Source: Selaginella moellendorffii
Lineage: Eukaryota > Plantae > Lycopodiophyta
Assembly (NCBI RefSeq): GCF_000143415.4
Contig: NW_003314329.1
Span: 391,421-455,420, forward strand
DNA length: 64,000 nucleotides
Reading direction: 5' to 3'
Below are positions 58,946 through 64,000 of the stretch, in pieces. The translations under genes were made by a program, and so were the position numbers. The first letter of the stretch is position 1. Every line of letters begins with the position of its first letter. Under the pieces are notes generated by a model that had not been told where the DNA came from, made no database searches, and saw only the letters and a program-made list of their open reading frames with translations.

Positions 58946-61099
58946 ATCATGGGCAAGACTGAAAAGGTGGCCTTCAATAAGTTCTTTTGTCTCCTTCCCC
59001 TCGATTCTAGGGTGAAGGGCTCAGGGATCTGGACAAATGCACAGCAAGGTATGGAGTCCCACCCATGACAGGCAGGCATGGAAGGGATGTGATGCCCATG
59101 GGATACGTTCTTTGGGCCGTAATTTATTTATGTAGGATTTGAGCATGAGTGATATTTCCAATAAAAGATATGTAAGCACAATTTGGACTTCCTATTTTCA
59201 ACTACACATAAAGGATATATATTTTCTCGTGAAAATATAAATATATAATATATAATAAATTAATGTATATTGTTGAGCTCTACTGCTATACATCCTCTTC
59301 CAATTTTGTATGTATTGGCTATAGGCTCCATCCATCTTGTAAACATTCTACTATAGAGACACTTCCACCATACATTTAATTCTTCTCTAAATTTTTAAAG
59401 TTTCACCATTGCAATTTCAATTGTGTAATATACTCTTTACTTTATAAGGAATTATTATAAAATAACCACAAAGTGGAACTTAACATTTAAACACTTGCAA
59501 CAGAGTAAAACCTAAAGCTTTGGACCATTAAATGAAGAGACAAAGTTGAACTCCCAAGAATGAATAAGGAAATTAGAATGCAAAACACTCTTGAGCATAT
59601 AATTAAAAGTGAAGGAGGAACAACTCCAAAACATATAGCCAAAGAGTGAAGAGGAGCATGGAGCAACACTGAAATAATCTTAGAAGATTTAGCATTCTAA
59701 TGCCAAGAGTTGTATGTTATATATAACCAAATAGAGTTTGGCACTATTTCAATATATTGATGGCTTAATATGAAGATATAAATACTCCATCAATTAGCAT
59801 ATTGAGTTTGGGTTTAAACTCAAGCTGGATGTAAGAAAAAGGTAGACATGTTTAATAGAGAGTTAAACAATATCTCAGCCATGCTTGTAAAATTGGTCAC
59901 AACTGGTCACATGGCAAAGTGCACATGTGAAAATGGTTTTCTCAATTAGCTTGAGTGGAGACTGATAAAGAGAATTAGCAATGCCAATCTCTTGCCATCC
60001 TAAGTAAAAAAAGAATATCTTAAAAGACTTTTTGACAAACAACTTTCAATGCCCATAATCACATTAGTGATAAATTAGACAATTGTTGTTGAAAACACCT
60101 CTTAGAAATGCATGAAAACTACATCCCAAAACAAGATGGAAGTGTTCTAATAGTGTGGCATTTCAAGTATAGCATCCACTAGTAGGATGCAATTGTAATA
60201 AAACTGCACATTCCTTAGAGCTAAAACATATAACTAATGTACTGATCCACCACTAAAGTTCTATATGATAACTAAGAAATAGTTAATTAGTTGCTAAAAA
60301 AAGAATAGATAATATCTCATTGGTAGTATTTGGTATTGAAGATCTATAACCTCTACTAAGAATAGCTTTCTGATTTAAGCAAAAGATATCTCACTTGAAA
60401 AACCATATAATTATGATTTTACCAAAGTTACATTCTGATTTGCCTTGAAAATAGAACCATGCTTGCAAAATAATCAAAATAGATAAAGCTATATTTAAAA
60501 CTATGTGTTATTATAGTGGTTTTTTTTAAAGTTTTCAAGACACAAGCCATGGCTTAACTTCATACCCGCAAAGAAATTGAAGAGGAAGAAGGCTTCAATG
60601 AACCAATAATGGAGATTAAAAGTCTATTTGGAGAGACCGCCACTTTGGATATGGTAACAAACGAACTTGATCTTAGAGAAGAAGTTAAAGAGTGAGCTTC
60701 AAGTGTTGATAATTTATTCTATATAGAATACTAAGCAAGTATCATGTGGAATTACCTCTTATGAGGTGAAGTGATGTTTAGCTTGCTAATACTATTAGAG
60801 TTGATATGGTGGTTTTCGTTTAAACTTCCTGTGTGTGAGCTAGGTTTTGTACAATGTACCCATAATTTTAATTGAATTGGCCAATACAAATAAGGTAAGA
60901 GAAAGCCTAGAGATTTGTAAGTGTGAAGAGGCACATGCACTTGAGCTTTTATTATCCCATAGATGGCAATGACCCTTGTGTCTCAAGGAAGGGATTGTGT
61001 GATTATATTGTGACTATTTATATCGCTAGAGTGTCATGCAATGGCAAGAGGACCTTTTAGAGATCTATAATGCCACTTGGATGAACTATGGAGCACAAA

Positions 61100-61620
61100 T
61101 AAGGGATGCACTTGAGGATGCTCAAGAATCTCCTAGACACAAGTGAGCAAATAGTCAAAAATGGTTGCAAGTGTTGGATGACTAAAGCACTCTATGAAGA
61201 TGATGGTAGGTATCCATCTCAATAGTGGAATATCCTTGCCAAGGAGCTATACCAAGTCAAGGATAATAAGAGGGGTGGCTAAGAAATGCAACACCATGTT
61301 CTAAGGGCAAGAAGTACTTGAAGTGTTATGTTGATCTCCCATCAACTTTATCTAGGAAGAAGCTACACTAAGAGTTGATGGAGTCATTCTCCAACTACTA
61401 GGTAGCTTACCTCAACTCTGAGAGGCAAGTGTAGTGGAGAACCAAGCTTCTTGAGCGAGTTTATAAGTGCAAATTGTCAAACCATATCTTCTATGGTTGT
61501 GAGCTAAAGATAAGAGATAGTCTCTAAAACTGAGTTTGGCTCATCATTTTCTATCCTTATGATGTATTTGAGGAAAGTAGACTTTCCCACCCCTAAGTTG
61601 TCATTCAAGTGAACAATATT
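61100..61620 (-). mobile_element. Possible decayed SF1/Pif1-like helicase remnant (Helitron-like)
   Basis: HLNDNLGVGKSTFLKYI (Walker A-like), followed by weak FFLDKVD and GD..(Q)HPQV-like stretches in the expected order; heavily disrupted. Confidence 0.3.
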
Positions 61621-62449
61621 GTGGTGAGTTTTGTGATTATGAGCGTGAAGGTTGGGCAAGGGCAATGCAAGGCATAACTTGAAGGTGAAGACGCTTAACC
61701 AGAAGTTGACTTGTAACCACATCAATTTCTATACACATAACTTTATAATTTTCAATATGGTTTGTATGCAAGATCTTCAAATAACAAGGATGAGATTGTT
61801 ATACCAATGGTTGCAGCGACATGTTGTCATTGGAACTGCAACAATAGAGAAAGCTTATGGCGAGACATCCATGTGACTATACAAAGTCCTGCAATTGAGA
61901 TAATATGCTCATAGATCCAGATTTTTTGATTGACATAAATATTCTTTTTGCTTGCAACATAGATTCTATTCAAGATTGCATTCCAAACTTGTGTTTGGCA
62001 CTAAAGAAATAAGTATCCACTATTCTGAATTTGGTTTTGTTTCCTCAAAATCTAAATGTTACAAGAGCGAAGGAGTAGGTTTTCCATTGGCTTGTTATCA
62101 TCTTCAATAGTGTAAGTCTTTTATTTATTCATAATATCGTTTAGTTACTAACTCTGAACATCCTTTGCTAGGATAAGGATGAAGAGCATATTGATGAAGT
62201 GGTATTATTTTTGAGGTTCTTTATAACAATTGCAATGCAAGACTAGTGCGAATCACAAAGCAGTATAGTCGTGAGGAGCTGTCATACCATACAAAAAAAT
62301 AGTCTCGTGTTCGATCCAAAAAAGCTCTAATCTTTAAAAAAGTAGCAAAAAATATGAAAAAATGGCGACTTAATCCTAGTTTTACGGTTTCTGTATGACC
62401 CAACTTTTATGGGCAGCAGGTTTTCCAAGGAGAAAAGGCTGGTGGGGGA

Positions 62450-63400
62450 ATATGTCAACATGCAGTCTTGACTGAGAAACGAAAGCTCCATAACAGCAGC
62501 CAGCTACTCTTGCTTTTACCTCGACGCAGTGCTACATTCAACGAGGTATGTCTCCCGTTTTCCTTTCTTATTTTTGTGAATTCGCTTAAATATTTGTGTC
62601 CAGGGCCAGGGAGCTCAAAGTGCTAAATCCGGAAGACTATCCGCACAGTGCCTCCTGAGTTTCAAGAGGACCTTTCTGAAAAAGATCTGCGCGTCATTCC
62701 TCATGGAACTTGGTTCGAGTATCCATTTGAATGGCTCATCTCCTTGATCTGATGGTCTTGCGCTTTCTGTTTCAGCTCAATCTCGAACGTGGCTTTTGCA
62801 AAAATGTGTGAGTTTGACCTCAAGAGCATCCTGTCGGGGGAGCCCGTGGCCAGGGAAAGGGTGTGCCAAGCTCATATACTTATCGACAAGGTCTGGCCAA
62901 CTCCAAAGGAGGTGTACATTGCTTTGGTTCAGAGGTACTCTTTACATCATCAATTCTATTGCCACCTTGACATTGTCATTTGTGCTTTAGTGTCATGGAA
63001 GGTCCCAGCAGCGTCAGGGAGGTTTCCAAGAGCAAGAGGGATGCCCACCACCGAGGGTAGCTTAACTTTTTGTTCATAACAGTGTAAATGCAGTGATCAC
63101 AGGCCCTCTGTTGTGTGCAGAAGTGCTGTGGACAGTTTCCGGGAATCTGATGGCCACAGGTGCACTTTTTGTTGGCTTTTCTAACGACATGTTGTGCAGC
63201 TTGGAAGATGCCGAGCCTGAGATTTTCAAGAAAAAACAGAGGAAAGCGAACGATTCAGGTACTTCTCCTTCAGTGTTAAGATTAAAGGGGGGACATTCAC
63301 AGTGCTCTCAGGAGCAACAAAACGCTCAAAGTTTATGATGAAGGATCAAGCGCCAGTAAGCTCTGCTGCAGGTGCAGCAATGAAGGCCCAGCTCTGAGTT
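62450..63400 (+). pseudogene. Unidentified intron-containing gene remnant
   Basis: Higher-GC island with several GT...pyrimidine-CAG units of ~50-60 nt; putative exons contain stops; no recognisable motif. Confidence 0.35.
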
Positions 63401-64000
63401 ATCTGCATTGCCTTTTTAGTGATCTTGGAGTCAAGCCCAATAAAAGGAAAGGATAACTTTTTTTCTATAGAGATATTTGGTATATTCCAGGATATTCGTC
63501 AGTTATTAACTAAACATAAAACTGTTTAATTAAATTAATAAATAGGAATAATAATGGCTCATTTTATTTGTTAAAACATTCTAGGAATACTTTGACTTGG
63601 TCAATATAGGCCAGCTTAGCCACTCTCATGTTTCTAATTGAGAGAGTAGCTGTTAATAAATCGGGAACATGTTTGCAATGTAAACATCACTTTTTATTCC
63701 AATTTCAAGTCCAAACTTAGCTACTGAAAGTTATGTATTTTGCACTTATCCCTTTAAAGGACTAAACCATCTATTTCAACCATAAACATGGGAACATTAT
63801 TAAAGAGAATATGCTCTAGATATGAATATTGAAATACCACTCGATTGAGGAAGAAATATTCAATAACAGTTATAGATGCCCTAGCAAGAGCACTAATTTC
63901 CACCTACTGAGTCAAGTAGTCAAAAGTAATAATGATGTATTTATTGTTAATAATCAACCATGGAAAATGTCCTATTAAATCAATGCCACTAACTAAAATA

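Overview
Eukaryotic land-plant nuclear DNA, most likely a lycophyte such as Selaginella. This is an inference from the ~45-60 nt introns, extremely short intergenic spacers, S-motif-rich PPR genes and an amaranthin-aerolysin gene. The window has three parts. (1) 1-25.3 kb is rearranged and TE-rich. It holds a complete amaranthin-lectin/aerolysin pore-forming-toxin gene (20651-22144), a 5'-truncated near-identical copy (3178-3966) in a permuted ~2.1 kb duplication, and a 7.4 kb non-coding LTR element with repeat-filled LTRs (5286-12714, TSD GATAG). It also holds a 4.9 kb Ty3/gypsy element (14530-19433, TSD TACAG) inserted at the end of a PPR pseudogene, and decayed fragments of PP2C, beta-tubulin, IQD and PPR genes. 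(2) 25.3-58.5 kb is a very dense, almost entirely minus-strand gene array: tRNA-Arg(ACG), three PLS-type PPR genes, an ABCA transporter, RAD21/SCC1, a stand-alone COMM-domain protein, an orphan tail-anchored ORF, RED/SMU2, NRAMP, a zinc-ribbon gene, PARN, an LRR receptor kinase and SLAC1/SLAH. (3) 58.8-64 kb is AT-rich decayed sequence with possible helicase remnants. No CRISPR or prokaryotic system is present. All alignments and difference counts were made by eye and are approximate.
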